From Neocallimastix sp. 'constans' (lineage: Eukaryota), in NCBI GenBank assembly GCA_050613775.1, contig JBODTK010000131.1:372001-436000 (forward strand): DNA of 64,000 bases. The letters are read 5' to 3'. The notes under the pieces were generated by a model. The model had not been told where the DNA came from, ran no database searches, and saw nothing but the letters and a program-made list of their open reading frames with translations. Each line of letters begins with the position of its first letter. The first letter of the stretch is position 1. Positions 39,481-53,304 of the stretch are shown one piece after another. The position numbers and the translations under genes are program-made.

Positions 39481-40167
39481 ATGAAAATTCTTTATTTGTT
39501 TTTTTATTTAATAATCGTTAGTTCATGTAATGTTTACAGTATTAATGTAAAAAGAGGTGTAACTTTTAATGAAGACTTGTTTAATGAAGGATTAAGTGAA
39601 GCTTGTATTGAAGAGCTAAATAATTCAGAATATACTGAATGTATGGATGAAGTTACTAAAACTAATTTTAAACAATTATGCTCTTCTTTTAAATCTGAAA
39701 AATGTCAAAATTTTTATAATAATCCATTAAATTATCTTCCAAACTGTAAAAATGAACCTACAATTGAAGAATATTATCAACCAATTAATATAGAATATAC
39801 AGCCATTATTAAAGAATTAACTTGTTTAACCGATGAAGAAGATAATTTATGCCCACTTGGTATATTTGTGATAAGTGATGATTATGATTATGATTTTATA
39901 AAGGATACTTGTAAATCAAAAGTTTGTACGGATACTTTTATTAAAGTAGCTAAAAAAATTAAAATCGATCATTTATTAACTTATGAAAATTTATCAGTTA
40001 CTGAAGGAGCATTTAACTATCATGAATTAAATTCATATAATAATGTAGTTAAAAAATTAGAAAGTGACGATTGTAGATCTTTACAAATTACAAGTGATGC
40101 TGATACTATTAAAAAAAGTAGTATTATATTAATTTTATCAATTTTATCTTCATTACTAATATTATAA
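39481..40167 (+). CDS. Secreted cysteine-rich protein, probably GPI-anchored (228 aa), function unknown
   Basis: Intact single-exon ORF. Hydrophobic N-terminus followed by KR, ten spaced Cys in the mature region, and a C-terminal TSDA small-residue stretch plus hydrophobic tail IILILSILSSLLIL. Confidence 0.88.
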   Translation: MKILYLFFYLIIVSSCNVYSINVKRGVTFNEDLFNEGLSEACIEELNNSEYTECMDEVTKTNFKQLCSSFKSEKCQNFYNNPLNYLPNCKNEPTIEEYYQPINIEYTAIIKELTCLTDEEDNLCPLGIFVISDDYDYDFIKDTCKSKVCTDTFIKVAKKIKIDHLLTYENLSVTEGAFNYHELNSYNNVVKKLESDDCRSLQITSDADTIKKSSIILILSILSSLLIL

Positions 40168-41869
40168 TAATATAATAATAAATAATAATGTGTATTACTA
40201 AGCATATAAATAACAAATAAAAAACTATAGTATTAGTTTATATTAAAATATTTAATAATAAAATTCTAATAATTATGATAAAAACAAATTAGAAAATAAT
40301 AATTAATAAAATAAATTAATTAAAATAAATTAATAAATTAAAGAAAGTAATAAAAGATTAAATTAAAAAAAGTAAAAAAAAAAAAAAAAAAATCTATCAA
40401 GTCTAAAAAAACAAATATATATATTTGAAAAAATATAGATGTATAAATAATAATAAATAAATATTTTTTACACTCTATAAATATAAAATAAAAATAAAAA
40501 TAAATTAAAATCTATTACATTTTATATAAAAAGTTACAAATAAAATATCTAAACAAATAAGATATTTTTTTTAAAATTCAATATCAAATTTTTACTACTC
40601 GATATATTTTTAAATTAATAAATTTAAACAAAAAAAATATCTATTTATATGTTTTTTTTTTTTTTTTTTTTTTATTTATTTATTATTGTTATTATTATTA
40701 TTCAAATAATTTAAAACTTAAGGTACAAAATCTGAAACATATAAACACATATCTATATATTCATTATATATCCAGACAACTACTTCATTATCCCTCTTAA
40801 AAAATTGAGGGATAGCAATAATTTTACTTAAAACGGTAAAAATGATAAATAATTTAAGCAACATTTTAATGATATATTTGTATGGAATTATTTATTTTAA
40901 AAAATCATTTTATTTTTAATTTTGAATATGATAATTTTCACTGTAAAAAAATTACTAATTATTAAATTAAAAATTTGGTATAAATTTAAGTATAAATAAT
41001 ATTTTACTAATATATATAAGATATTAAATAAACTTAAATAGTTTTATATATTATTATATATTTATGTATGAATGATGAAATATGAAATAATTAATATTTA
41101 AGGAAAATAGTACTGACATTTTATTTGTTTAACTAGAGATATAAAAAATATACCTATATTGATTTAATGTTTATAATAATTTTAATTTTAACTTTATTTT
41201 TTTTAATACTAATCACTTATTTTCATTAATTATATTTTCCTTTTCAATCATATAATATACTAATAAATATATAATTTAAATTAATAAGTTTTGTTATTTT
41301 AAAAAAAAAAAAAAAAAAATAAATTGAACTTTTTTTAATTAAAAAAAAAAAAATTTATATTGAAAATAAAAAAAAAATTTTTACTTATAAAGATATTTGA
41401 TTTTCGATCTTTTAAAAAATATTTTAAAAAATATCTTTACTTATTTAGATTATTATTTTTATATTTTTTATATAATATATTTATATTTCCTTTTTTATAA
41501 AATAAAGAAATATATAAACAATATAATAGATTTCTTTTATTTTAAAAGTTATTTTAATAATTTTAAATATTGTACCTTCTAAGTAATGATTATCTAAATT
41601 TTATTTTTTATTATTATTATTATTATTATTTTTTGAAACCATTTTTTCTTTTTTTTATTTTTTTTTATTATTCTTTTTTTTTTTTGTAATTAGTATTATA
41701 CATCATTAGTATAATATTAATAATATTATACTAATGATAATATTAATACGGTTAGGGGCAATTAGTTAATTTAACAATTTGTACATGTACATTATGGTTT
41801 ATGAATTATATTAAATACATTACATTTTTTTTATTTTAATACATTATATTTAATTCTCATATTCTTACA

Positions 41870-42362
41870 TAATTGAATAATTGAATGATTGAATAATTGA
41901 ATAATTGAATAATTGAATAATTGAATAATTGAATAATTGAATAATTGAATAATTGAATAATTGAATAATTGAATAATTGAATAATTGAATAATTGAATAA
42001 TTGAATAATTGAATAATTGAATAATTGAATAATTGAATAATTGAATAATTGAATAATTGAATAATTGAATAATTGAATAATTGAATAATTGAATAATTGA
42101 ATAATTGAATAATTGAATAATTGAATAATTGAATAATTGAATAATTGAATAATTGAATAATTGAATAATTGAATAATTGAATAATTGAATAATTGAATAA
42201 TTGAATAATTGAATAATTGAATAATTGAATGATTGAATAATTGAATAATTGAATAATTGAATAATTGAATAATTGAATAATTGAATAATTGAATAATTGA
42301 ATAATTGAATAATTGAATAATTGAATAATTGAATAATTGAATAATTGAATAATTGAATAATT
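41870..42362. repeat. (AATTGAAT)n 8-bp satellite, ~61 units
   Basis: Near-perfect array with two GATTGAAT variants. Confidence 0.97.
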
Positions 42363-43960
42363 TAATAATATGTTATAATATATGAAATTAATTAAATTTG
42401 TTTAAAATAATGTTAATTATATTATTTTGTTATGCTTAAATTATTCTCTATTTGAAATACATTATTTAATTCATTGTTAAAATATTTCGTTGTATTATCA
42501 TCAAGCCTCAATTAGTATAAATAAACTTAATTTTGTCAAATTTTTTTTTTCTTTTGTAATTATCTATTTCTAAATAATAAATATTAATAAAAACTTTAAT
42601 TAATAATAAAACGTCTTATTTCCTCTTAATAATTGTCAAAAATATTATGTTAAGAAACACTCAAATAAGCTATAATAAACACAATAATAAATATATATGG
42701 ATTAGTAGTTTTTAGAATAATATTTTATTTATAACAGTATAAATTATTTTTATTCTCTTTTTGTATAAGATATATTTTTATAAAATAATAATTCCATGAT
42801 TTTTATACTTTTTATTTTAAATATTAATACAAGTAATTGGTCATTATTTATATTAAAGATAGATTAATTAAATTAATCATTATTTTGACAATAATAAATA
42901 ATTAAATAATATGTAAATACATACATACATACATACATACATAAATAAATAAATAAATAAATAAATAAAAAAAAAATAATTGAATAATAAATAATAAAAT
43001 GAATAAAAAGAGTATTTATTAATAAATAATAAATAATAAATAATAAATAATAAATAATAAATAATAAATAATAAATATTATTAATAAAATTATATAAATA
43101 ATAATATATAAATGTTAAACTTTTTTAATATTTTTTAAAATGAAACGTTACTCCTATTTAAATTAATATATTTGAGGCCTAATTTTCATATTATTTTATA
43201 TATTATAACAATAAGTTAATATAAAATAATATATGCAGATTTATTATTATGTCCAATTACAAATGTGTTATTTTTTTAAAAAAAAAAAAAGACCTAATAA
43301 AATTGGACTTAAAAATATGTACTACCTAAAAATTTATTGAAGAGTTGATTGCATATTAATATAATTGGATAATTGTATAATTAATATATAATATTAAAAA
43401 AAATTTATTCTTGTTTTTTTTTTTTTTTTTTTTATAATAAGATGTATCAAATATAGAAAAAATTATTTAAAAAAATTTATGTATTGACTTTTTGACTTGT
43501 CATAATCTTTTTAAATTGAAAAAAAAAAAAATTTTTTTTCTTCATAATATAATAATAACTTTTTTTATTTAAAGCAAGATAAAGAATATTACAAATTTAA
43601 TTAAGCAAGAATAATTAACCCCAAATTCAGAATTTTACACTCAGCAGATCTAAGTTTAGATGACCATTACCGGAGATTTTAATTCCTTAAATATTTTTCT
43701 AATTTCAAGTTTCAATTTAAAATTATTTGTGGCTTGTTTATGCCAAATGTGGCGTAAATTTGGATCAATTATTTTCTAACTCAAAAAAGGAAATAAATAA
43801 AAAAGTAAACAAACAATATAAACTTATTACTAAAAGTTTTATTAAAATATTATGACTATTTCTAATTATAAACCTATTAATTATTTATTAAACTATTTTT
43901 ACTTAGGATTTAATTTATATTCAATTTACTATTATTTATTTAATTATATAGCATTACTAT

Positions 43961-44240
43961 TGTAAAAAGAAAGTTTAATATAAATTAAAACAAACCAATA
44001 ATAAATAATTAAAGACAAGGATAATTGAACACCTCTCTATTCGAGTTGTATTAAGAAAAGCTTTATTATTCTTTAAATAAATAATAACAATTAAACACTT
44101 AAAATATAATACAACACTATTATTCCCTTCGTTAATTGGAGGTTGAGTTTAAATTAAGTATTTTATAATTTAATATTTAATTTATTTATTTTTATTTAAT
44201 AATAAAGTTATTTTATTAATACAATTTACGTTAATAGTTT
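43961..44240 (-). mobile_element. Truncated LTR of the same gypsy family as 61286-61844
   Basis: Starts TGTAAAA; shares AACACCTCTCTATTCGAGTTG and ACAATTTACGTTAATAGT with the 61286 LTR in the same orientation. Confidence 0.7.
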
Positions 44241-44699
44241 TTCTATAGATTTAAAACTTCTAATTCTTTTTTTCACTTGTATTAATTCTTTATTTATGGT
44301 TATCCGTTGCTTTTTTCATATTTTTTTTAACAATTTTAAAAAAAAAATTTAATTTTTTTGGCTTTAAAATAAAATTTTGATCAAAAATCTAAAAATTAAA
44401 TTTTTATATCAGAAAATTTATTTTATAATAATTTAATTATAATTTATTAAATTAAAAATTGAAAATTTTTTTGAATTATCGATTTTTAATTAATTAAATA
44501 TTTCGTACATTTTTACCAAATAAAATTTGCTTTGGCTATTCTGGTAGTCATTTTTTGTATAAATTTATATATATAAAGACATGAGAAATGAAATAAAAAA
44601 ATTTTTATAAATAAATTATTTAAATTATTTATTTTATATGTATTTATTTTTTTTTAAAAAACAAAAAAAAAAAAATTATTTATCATCATTTTATAATAT

Positions 44700-47600
44700 T
44701 ATCTTCGGGATAATGAAATTAAGAAGATTGAAACCGATTTGGATGAGGACCAGATAAATGGAAAAAATTTCCAACAAGACCTATACGTTAAAAAGTCAGA
44801 TTAAAGAATACTTGGATGCGAACCAAGAATAGGAAAGGATATACCGCAAAGAGTCCCAAAAGAAGATTGAGAATCTGATGGCCGTTCATCAAACTAAACC
44901 GCAAGGGATCGAGCGTTTAGGGAAAGTTAGCTTCTGAAAATCAGAAGAAGGCTCCAGTATCCACAAGTCAACCATCTTCCATTTACACATAGATAACAAG
45001 AGAACCTAGATTTCAAAAATGAATTATCAATACACGCCACCTATTCCTATACTTACTAAGAACGTGATGGATGATGTGATAATGACGAATGCGTACCCCT
45101 GCAGAGTACGAAAGAGACATCCCATACCAATATTCAATGGTGAAACAAGAGACGTGGAATCATTTATCGATGTACTTACATTGGTAGACACCAAAAATTA
45201 CCACCAGATCAAGCCTTACTACAAACCCCGTACTTCATCGAGGACCTCTTACAAGGAACGGTTTAAAAAAGTGGTTCCAGATGAATGAAGTACTCAAGCA
45301 AAGAGATGACCCGCAACCACAAAGATTAATGGATAGGTTTCTATAGGAATTTAAAAGTGAGTGAACTTTGAAGGAAGGTTAAAAACTGCTATGCTAAAAC
45401 TTAAATCATGAATGGAGAAAAGCCTACGAATACCTCTTCGAGTTCAATCGATTAAGCAGGAATACTACAGCTCACCGATGAAACTAAGAGAGATTGTTAC
45501 TGGTACAACAAGTAAAAAACCTTCCGTCCAAGAAGCTTGCCTATGACTTAGCTGTGGAATAGCAGACATTGGAAGAATCTACCTAACGTGTTTAAGAAGG
45601 TAGGAATGATACCTTCCCCCCGGTGGATTATAAAGACAAATACTTTGAAAGATATGAATATAAATGCGAAAAAAAAAAAATGCCATCATGGTCCTTATTA
45701 GGAATGATGGACCCACGAAGATCTAGGAATAGTAATAATCGTCAAAGCGATAGAAAAGACTTTAGTAGAAGAGAGTCTACAAGGCAATTAAATAATAATA
45801 AAGATATACGAGATAATAACACCCATAATGGAAGGAAAGATTTCGGTACGAGACCAAGCAGTGAACAAAATAATTTTAAAGGACTCCTGCACGAGTGGTA
45901 ACAACCCGATCCCTAAGACTGCGCTATTGACTTAAGATGAGCCGGAGTACGAAAAGTATGAGCAATAAGATAAGATAAGCAACTTAGGTTATCAGAGAGG
46001 GTCTCCAAAACCTAAAAGTACTGTATGATATGGGTTCACGGATGGACATGATCCATCCATAGTTACTCAAAGAAATGGGTTTCCAAATTCATGTTCGACC
46101 CTTAATACTCACTACTGCCGCTGGTAAAGAGTTCATTCCTAGGGTGACAGAGGAGTTCCATATAAAGGTAAAACTGGTAAAGTCAAATGGTATGGTATGA
46201 CTTTAAGACGAGAGGCAGACTAGCTGAGGCCATGCCGCGAACCATCCTATTGGGTTCAAAGTTTATGGACAGACATCTTATATACATATATATGGGAAAA
46301 TAGATGTCCACGACCAACAATCTATGATATACAAAATTGCTTGTGAGAGACCAGGACTACCAAATGTAGTTTCACCAGGAGAATGCAAAGGTAAAAAAAA
46401 AACATCTACTTGGTACAACTAGAGGATGAAGATAAAGCTGAAAAAAAGGAAAAGTGAACCTTCAGTGAGAATAACAAAAATTATAAATCAGGTTAATGAT
46501 AACAAGGACATTGAAGGTACGGTTTTTACGAAATGAACCAGGCAATTCTACTATGAGAGAGGAATAGTATATATTGGTGATTACTAGGATTATTTACTCG
46601 ATTACGATAAATGCGAAGATTTGGTTAAGATCACAAGAAGTTAAAAACCACAAGTAAAAAAAAAATAAAATTATCAATAACCCTACGGAAAAAAGAGTGT
46701 CTAGAAAATAATTCAAAAAAAGCTATTTGGCTTTAGTTACAAACTTCGTAGATGATATTAAGCATGCCTACCGACAAGACAAGATGACCTAAGAAATATT
46801 TAAGGATTTGGCAGAAGACACGAGAAATAACTAAAACAAGAAATATTGGTTAAAGCTGGATGGTCTTCTGGTTAGAAAATAAAACATTGAACAAGTTTAC
46901 GGACTAACATTGCTTAGGAAGACGATTATACAATTAAACCACAACAATGAGTATGCAGGTCATTTTAGTTATAAACAAAAACATCAGATCGAGTATTAAG
47001 AAACTTCAACTGGCCAAAAAATGAGGAAAAATATTTCAGGTTACATTTTGATGTGCTATAATAAATTAACCAAGATGATTCACATGATAGGATTTAAACA
47101 TCTACCAAAGGCTAACGTGTCTTGCTAATGCGTTCCTAAAGGAAATCTATAGGTGGCATAGATTCCCTAAGATTGTAACTACCAATTCAGGAACCCAATT
47201 TATGAGCCAGGTATGGAAAGAGCTACTAGAGTTCTTTGGGACGAAGAAAAACTACACTACCACAAGTCATCACGAAATTGTAGGCCAAGTTGAAAGGAAT
47301 AATACCTAGGTAGAAACCTATCTAAAATTCTTTGTTGGTACTTACGATGTCGAAAGCTGGATGGATTATCTGTTTTTAGCAGAGTTCTACAATTATAACT
47401 TACAACAACATAATCTACCCAACAGAGCCTTACTACAAATTACCCAAAATCCTTGTACTAGCTCCTACTGGTAACAAAGTGATAATTCTATAAATATAAC
47501 ATGTAATATCGTATTTAACGCATTAGCGTAACAATTAACGTAAATTGTTATATCAAATATTTTAATATTAAGTGATTAAAAATTAATTATTTAAAAATAA

Positions 47601-47700
47601 ATAAACACCTAAGTACAAGCTCTACCAACTATTCACAGAAAGAGTGAATTATCGCTGAGATATAAATAATTTAAGTTTAATAGGATAATTATTTTAAGAT
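44700..47700 (+). mobile_element. Heavily decayed Ty3/gypsy element with RT/RNase H deleted
   Basis: gag-like IPIFNGETRDVESFI; protease-like LYDMGS ... ILLGSKFMD. The integrase region 46720-47400 is homologous to 62520-63380 on the minus strand (YLAL.TNFVDDIK, GQVERNN, ESWMDYLFLAEF). A 3' LTR remnant starts at ~47454. Boundaries are approximate. Confidence 0.85.
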
Positions 47701-48179
47701 TAATATTATTACTGACCAACAATATTTAAGTATTTCTTTTAACCTAAATCATATACCTGTATACCATATTTATAGTGGTCACGTATTAAAAAACTCTCTC
47801 AAGAACCCATAGTACTTGTATGGCGGTTAAATTAATCCTATAATGAATTAATTAAAATTATAAAATTAAATAAGAAAATAATAATTAATCAAAATTCAGA
47901 ATATAGTATATAAGTGAATAGATAGTAATTATTTAAATAAATTCAGGTTAAGTTAGTGAATAAGTAAATATATTAATTAAAAAATCATTTAACAGAATTA
48001 AAATAATAATTTATTCAATATAATAAACTTTGTATTAATTAAGCCTCTGCATTAGCATGCGTAAATTTAACTTTAATTTTAATAATTTCTATTTAGCTAA
48101 ATCATTATTTTAAATATTCAGTTATGAAAAAAATTGTTAAACTGTTAAAGCTAACAAATTTTCTTAAAATTTATTAAAT

Positions 48180-50575
48180 TTATTTTTATTAAATTTTTGT
48201 TATTATTTTTATTCTAATTTTTTATTATTATTTTTATTTTGTTCTTAATTTTATTTTTTTTTGTTTTTATTTTTTTTTAATTCCAATTTTTTATTTTTTT
48301 TATTTTGTTGATTAAATTTTTATTTTTTTTAAATTTTTTTATGTCCAATATTCTATTTTTTTTTTCAATTTTTTAATTTTATTTTTTTTTGTTTTTATTT
48401 TTTTTTTTTATTTCAATTTTTTAATTTTTTTTTTATTTTTTAATTTTTTTTTATTTTTTTGATTCCAAATTTTATTTTATTTTATTTTTAATTTATTTTA
48501 TATCCGATTTTATTATTTTTTATTATTTTTTTTATTTTATTTTTTATTTTTTAATATCAAATTATTTTTATTTTTTTTTGATTTTAATTTTTTTTTATTT
48601 TTTTTTTTTTTTTTTTTTGATTCCATTTTTTATTATTTTTTGATTTTTTGATTACAATTTTTTATTTTTTATTTTTTTTATGTTAAATTTTTATTTTTTT
48701 TTATTTTTTTTTGATTCCATTTTTTATTATTTATTGATTTTTTGATTTCATTTTTTATTATTTTTTGTTTTTTTGATTCCAATTTTTTTATTTTTATTTT
48801 TTTTATTTTTCTTGATTCTAATTTTTATTTTTTTTTTTTCGATTTTATTTTATTTTTTTTTTTATGTCCAATTTTTATCTTTTATTTTATTTTTTATTTT
48901 TTTTTCAAGTCAAATTTTTATTTTTTTTTTTATTTTTTTTTTTAATTTTTTTTTTAATTTTTTTTTTAATTTTTTTTTTTATTTCTTAATTCCAATTTTT
49001 TTTTTATTTTTAATTTTTTTTTATGTCTAATTTTTATTTTTTTATTTTTTTTTTTATTTTTTTATGTTTAATTTTTATCTTTTTTTTTTTTTTATTTTTT
49101 TTTTTATTTTTTATAATTTTTTTTGATTCTAAGATTTTATTTTTTATTTTTTTTTAAGTCAAATTTTTATTTTTTTTATTTTTTTTTTAAGTCAAATTTT
49201 TATTTTTTTAATTTTTTTTAAGTCAAATTTTTATTTTTTTTTATTTTTTTTTAATTCTATTTTTTATTTCTTAATTCCAATTTTTTATTTATTTTTTAAT
49301 TTTTTTTTGAATTAATTTTTAATTTTATTTTTTTTTTATTTTTGATTCCAATTATTATTTTATTTTATTTATTTTTATTATTTTATTTTTTTCTAATTGG
49401 TTAAACGCAATAAAGGAAAAAATAAATAACATGAATCAAATAAACGTATTTGAAATAATAGAACATATACCCAAAGGCACAAATATCGTATCATGAGCAT
49501 GGCTATTCAAATACAAACATGACAAAAACGGCAACATCACAAAACGTAAGGCTAGATTGGTTGCCAGAGGATTTTCACAACTTTTCGGAATCGACTACTT
49601 CTACACATTCTCACCAACACTAAAATTAGATTCCTTACATATTATCGTAGTAATTGCGTTTCAAAGAAATTTCAAAATTCTGCAAATCGATATAAATGCC
49701 TCGTACCTAAATGCCAAACTCACTGAAGACATTTATATGAAACCACCTGAGGGATACAACAATGGTTCAAACCAAGGTTATTGGAAACTAAAGAGAGCTC
49801 TCTACAGCTTGATACAAGCAGGCCGCCAATGGAACGATGATTTAAACAATAGTCTCCTAGAAATGAATTCCAGGAGACTTGTCAGTGAACCTTGTATCTA
49901 TATAAAGGAAAACGAAACAAAGGAAATGATATGTATCATCACTGTATACGTTTATGATATCTTGATTATAGGTAAAGACAAAGATGTATTATTCGTTAAG
50001 GATCAAATACAAGAAAAATATAAAATCAAAGATATTGGAGAAGTGGATTTCGTCATCAAAATAAAATTTGAAAAAGTAAACGATGGTTACATCTTACATC
50101 AGAGGGAATACTTAAAAGAACTACTTAGGAAATATAACTTAATAAGATGTAATCCGACACGAAACACAAAACCCCTTGAAGATACTAATTTAAGAAGTAA
50201 CAGTTTTAAAGAAACAACATATTGAAGCACTATTGGTAATCTTCTATATTTATTTTATTTTTATTTTTTATTTTTTTTATTTTTATTTTTGATTCTATTT
50301 TTTATTTTTTTTTCTTTTATTTATTTTTATGTCTAATTTTTATTTTTTTTATTTTTTTTTTGATTTCAATTTTTATTTTTTATTTCCAATTTTTTATTTT
50401 TTTTTTATTTTTTATTTTATTTTATTTAAAATTTTATTTTTTCATTTTTTTTATTTCCAAATTTTTATTATTATTTTTTTTTAATCCAATTTTTATTTTA
50501 TTAATTTATTTTTTTTTTTAATTTCAATTATTTATTTTTCCTATTTTATTTATATTTAATATATATTTTTTTTTT
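48180..50575. repeat. Degenerate T-rich satellite (core TTTTGATTCCAATTTTTTATTTT)
   Basis: Dozens of GATTCCAA/ATGTCCAA/AAGTCAAA cores separated by T runs, interrupted by a copia fragment. Confidence 0.8.
49395..50251 (+). mobile_element. Isolated copia reverse-transcriptase fragment
   Basis: WLNAIKE...RKARLVARGFSQ.FGIDY...QIDINASYLNA...YVYDILI...IGNLLYL. No LTR, gag or integrase. Confidence 0.92.
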
Positions 50576-50736
50576 AATTATAATATTTTAAAATTAAAAA
50601 AAGTAAAAAGTAAAAATAAAAATAAAGGTAAAAGTAAAAATATAAATAAATAAAAAAATAAAATAAAAAATACAGATATAAAAATTTTATATATAAATAA
50701 ACTATTCCTTAAAATGAAAGATGTGAGAAAAATATT

Positions 50737-50818
50737 CGTCACCTGCAGGACTCGAACCTGCGCTCCCAAAGGGAAATGGCTTAGCAGGCCACCGCGTTAA
50801 CCACTCCGCCAAAGTGAC
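50737..50818 (-). tRNA. tRNA-Ser (anticodon GCT)
   Basis: GTCACTTTGGCGGAGTGGTTAACGCGGTGGCCTGCTAAGCCATTTCCCTTTGGGAGCGCAGGTTCGAGTCCTGCAGGTGACG: 7-bp acceptor stem, A and B boxes, long variable arm, G discriminator, and a T5 terminator a few nt downstream. Confidence 0.97.
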
Positions 50819-50832
50819 TTCCCATTGATTAT

Positions 50833-51636
50833 TGTTACGGAACAAATAAAATAATTAAAATTATATATAATTATTAAAGATTAAAAATTATTAATATTAG
50901 TGGAATTAAATAATAAATATTAAAATATTAAAATAATTATAAATTCAGTTATAATAAATTAGAAAATGTATTAATTATTATTTTTATTTAATATTGTAAT
51001 ACTTAATAATATTTTAATAGTTTATTATATTTTATTATTAAATTTTTATTATTAAATTTTTATTATTAAATTTTTATTATTAAATTTTTATTATTAAATT
51101 TTTATTCTAATCCAATCAAATAACTATTCTAAATGTATAAAAAGAACAAAGTAGTACAATACTTTAGTTCTCTCTCTTTTTTTCTTACAACTTTATTATT
51201 ATATTATTCTTTTGATATTTTCGAGTTTAAATGATAAATTTAGATAGTTAAGTTAAAATAAAATTAGTTTAAATAATTAAATTTAAATAGTTTAAATAAT
51301 AAATTAGTATAGTTTAAATAATAAAGTTAGAATAGATTGAATAATAAAAATAAAATAGTTTATTTTAAATAAAGTTAGAATTAAAAATAATTTAAGTTTT
51401 GTATTAAGTATTTAAAGGTTTTTAGTGTTTGGTTAATAGTTTTAATAATTATAGTTGTTAATTAAATTATTTATATTAGGTTATATTAATTTTGAATAAT
51501 TTATTTTAGTTTAAATTGTTTAGTATTTAGATTTTTAAATTAGAATAATAGATTAGAATAATAGAGTAGAATTTAAAATTTTCTTTAATTATTAGAATAT
51601 ATTATTTTATGATAAAAATTCTTCAGTTCTGTACCA
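50833..51636. mobile_element. Solo LTR-like element A1
   Basis: TGTTAC...GTACCA, TSD TTAT, 14 bp from the tRNA 5' end, nearly identical to A2. Confidence 0.85.
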
Positions 51637-51642
51637 TTATTA

Positions 51643-53299
51643 TGTAAGAATCTATAATTATTTTTAACAAAATAATTATATTTTCTTAGTTTGTCAAAGT
51701 TTTTAGATAATTTGGTCTTAACAATTAGGTCAAGATGCCAAATTATAGTAATTAATTAATAATTTAATTTTATTCTTATTTAATACATATTGTTATTAGT
51801 AAATTTTATAATTAAGTTTTTATTTAAAATATAAATTTTATTTAATTTTAATAATATTTTATTACATTATTATTTTATATAATTATTACTATAATTTAAA
51901 TTACAATAATCCTACAAAGGATTAATCAAAAGATTTAAACATGTATTTATATAAAATAATTAATTATTAAAATATTAATTATTAATATGAATATGCAATA
52001 ATATTAATATAAGTTTGATATTGATAATGTAAAATAAGATAATAATATAAATATTTAATATAAATAAAATATAAGAATATAATAACTAAATATTATATTT
52101 TATAATTAAAATATAATATGTAGAAATTAATTTAATGACAATCACGTGTTTACATTATTTAATATATATTAATTTCAATATGTTAATAATATTTAGTAAT
52201 TAGTTGGCCTAGACTAATTCCTAAATATTTTAATAAAGTTAATTTAATAATAATTATTATATTATTATTATTTATTAATATTGAAATTCAAATAACTGAA
52301 TTATCGAAATTGAAATTGAATTGAAATTCAGTTATTATCTTAACATAGTTAGGTTATAATTAATATAACTTTTATTTAACTCATATTTCATTTATACAAT
52401 TAATTATAATTAATAATTTATTTAATTATATATTAAAATTTTATTTAGTTTAATATTAAAAATTTATTTAATTAAATAATTTTTATACATTTAAAATAAT
52501 ATTAAATTTATTTAATTATTCACTTAATTATTAAATTTATTAGTTTTAGTTTTCTCTCACTCATTAAATCATAAACTAAAACACCATTCTGTATTTTATC
52601 ATGTATTCTGTATTCTAACATGTATTCTGTATTGTATTAATCATGTATTTTATTATTAATGTATTGTTTTATATTTTTATGTAAAGTTCTATAAAATAGA
52701 ACTAAATAGATTAAATTTTAAATTTTATGATCGAAATAATTTTCATTATTTTATTCTTTTATTTTCGATCATTATATTAGATTAAGTAATCGGTTAATTA
52801 AGGTTTTTCCAATTACTTCTTAAAAGTAATCGGTTTTACTTAATTAACGCGATGATCGATATGGATAGAATATCGATCAAAAAACTTATCTAGGTTTTTC
52901 TTCTAGTCTTTTCCTAGATAAGAGATTTGTTAAGATTAGAACCCCTTTTGATTTTAACCTTATTTTGACAAAAAAGTATAAATAAGGCTCTTGAGTTCTC
53001 TTTGAGAAATCAAGAGTTATTATTATAACAATTATAATATAATAATAATAACAATAAGTTTTAACATTTAAAATTTTTAATAAAAAATAAAACAAATTAT
53101 TTTAATAAAACAAATTTTATAATTAAAACTTTTCCTTATCAATTTTAGTGTTTCGTCTATTATAATTCGTTATAATAAACTCGATAATTAGAAAGAACCA
53201 TAGGTAAGTATGATTCTTTTCTAAACCTTTAATATTAGCAGTTAGAGCTAATATTAATGATTAATAATTTAATTATAATTTTTTAATTAAATTATTACA
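51643..53299. mobile_element. Solo LTR-like element B1 (contains nested G)
   Basis: TGTAA...TTACA, TSD TATTA, homologous to B2. Confidence 0.85.
51692..52345. mobile_element. Solo LTR-like element G nested in B1
   Basis: TGTCAA...TTAACA, TSD TAGTT; absent from B2, which has a single TAGTT at this site. Confidence 0.8.
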
Positions 53300-53304
53300 T
53301 ATTA

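Noticed and set aside
50578..50769. 63-aa ORF overlapping the tRNA
   Set aside because: Starts inside the tRNA gene and runs into low-complexity DNA.
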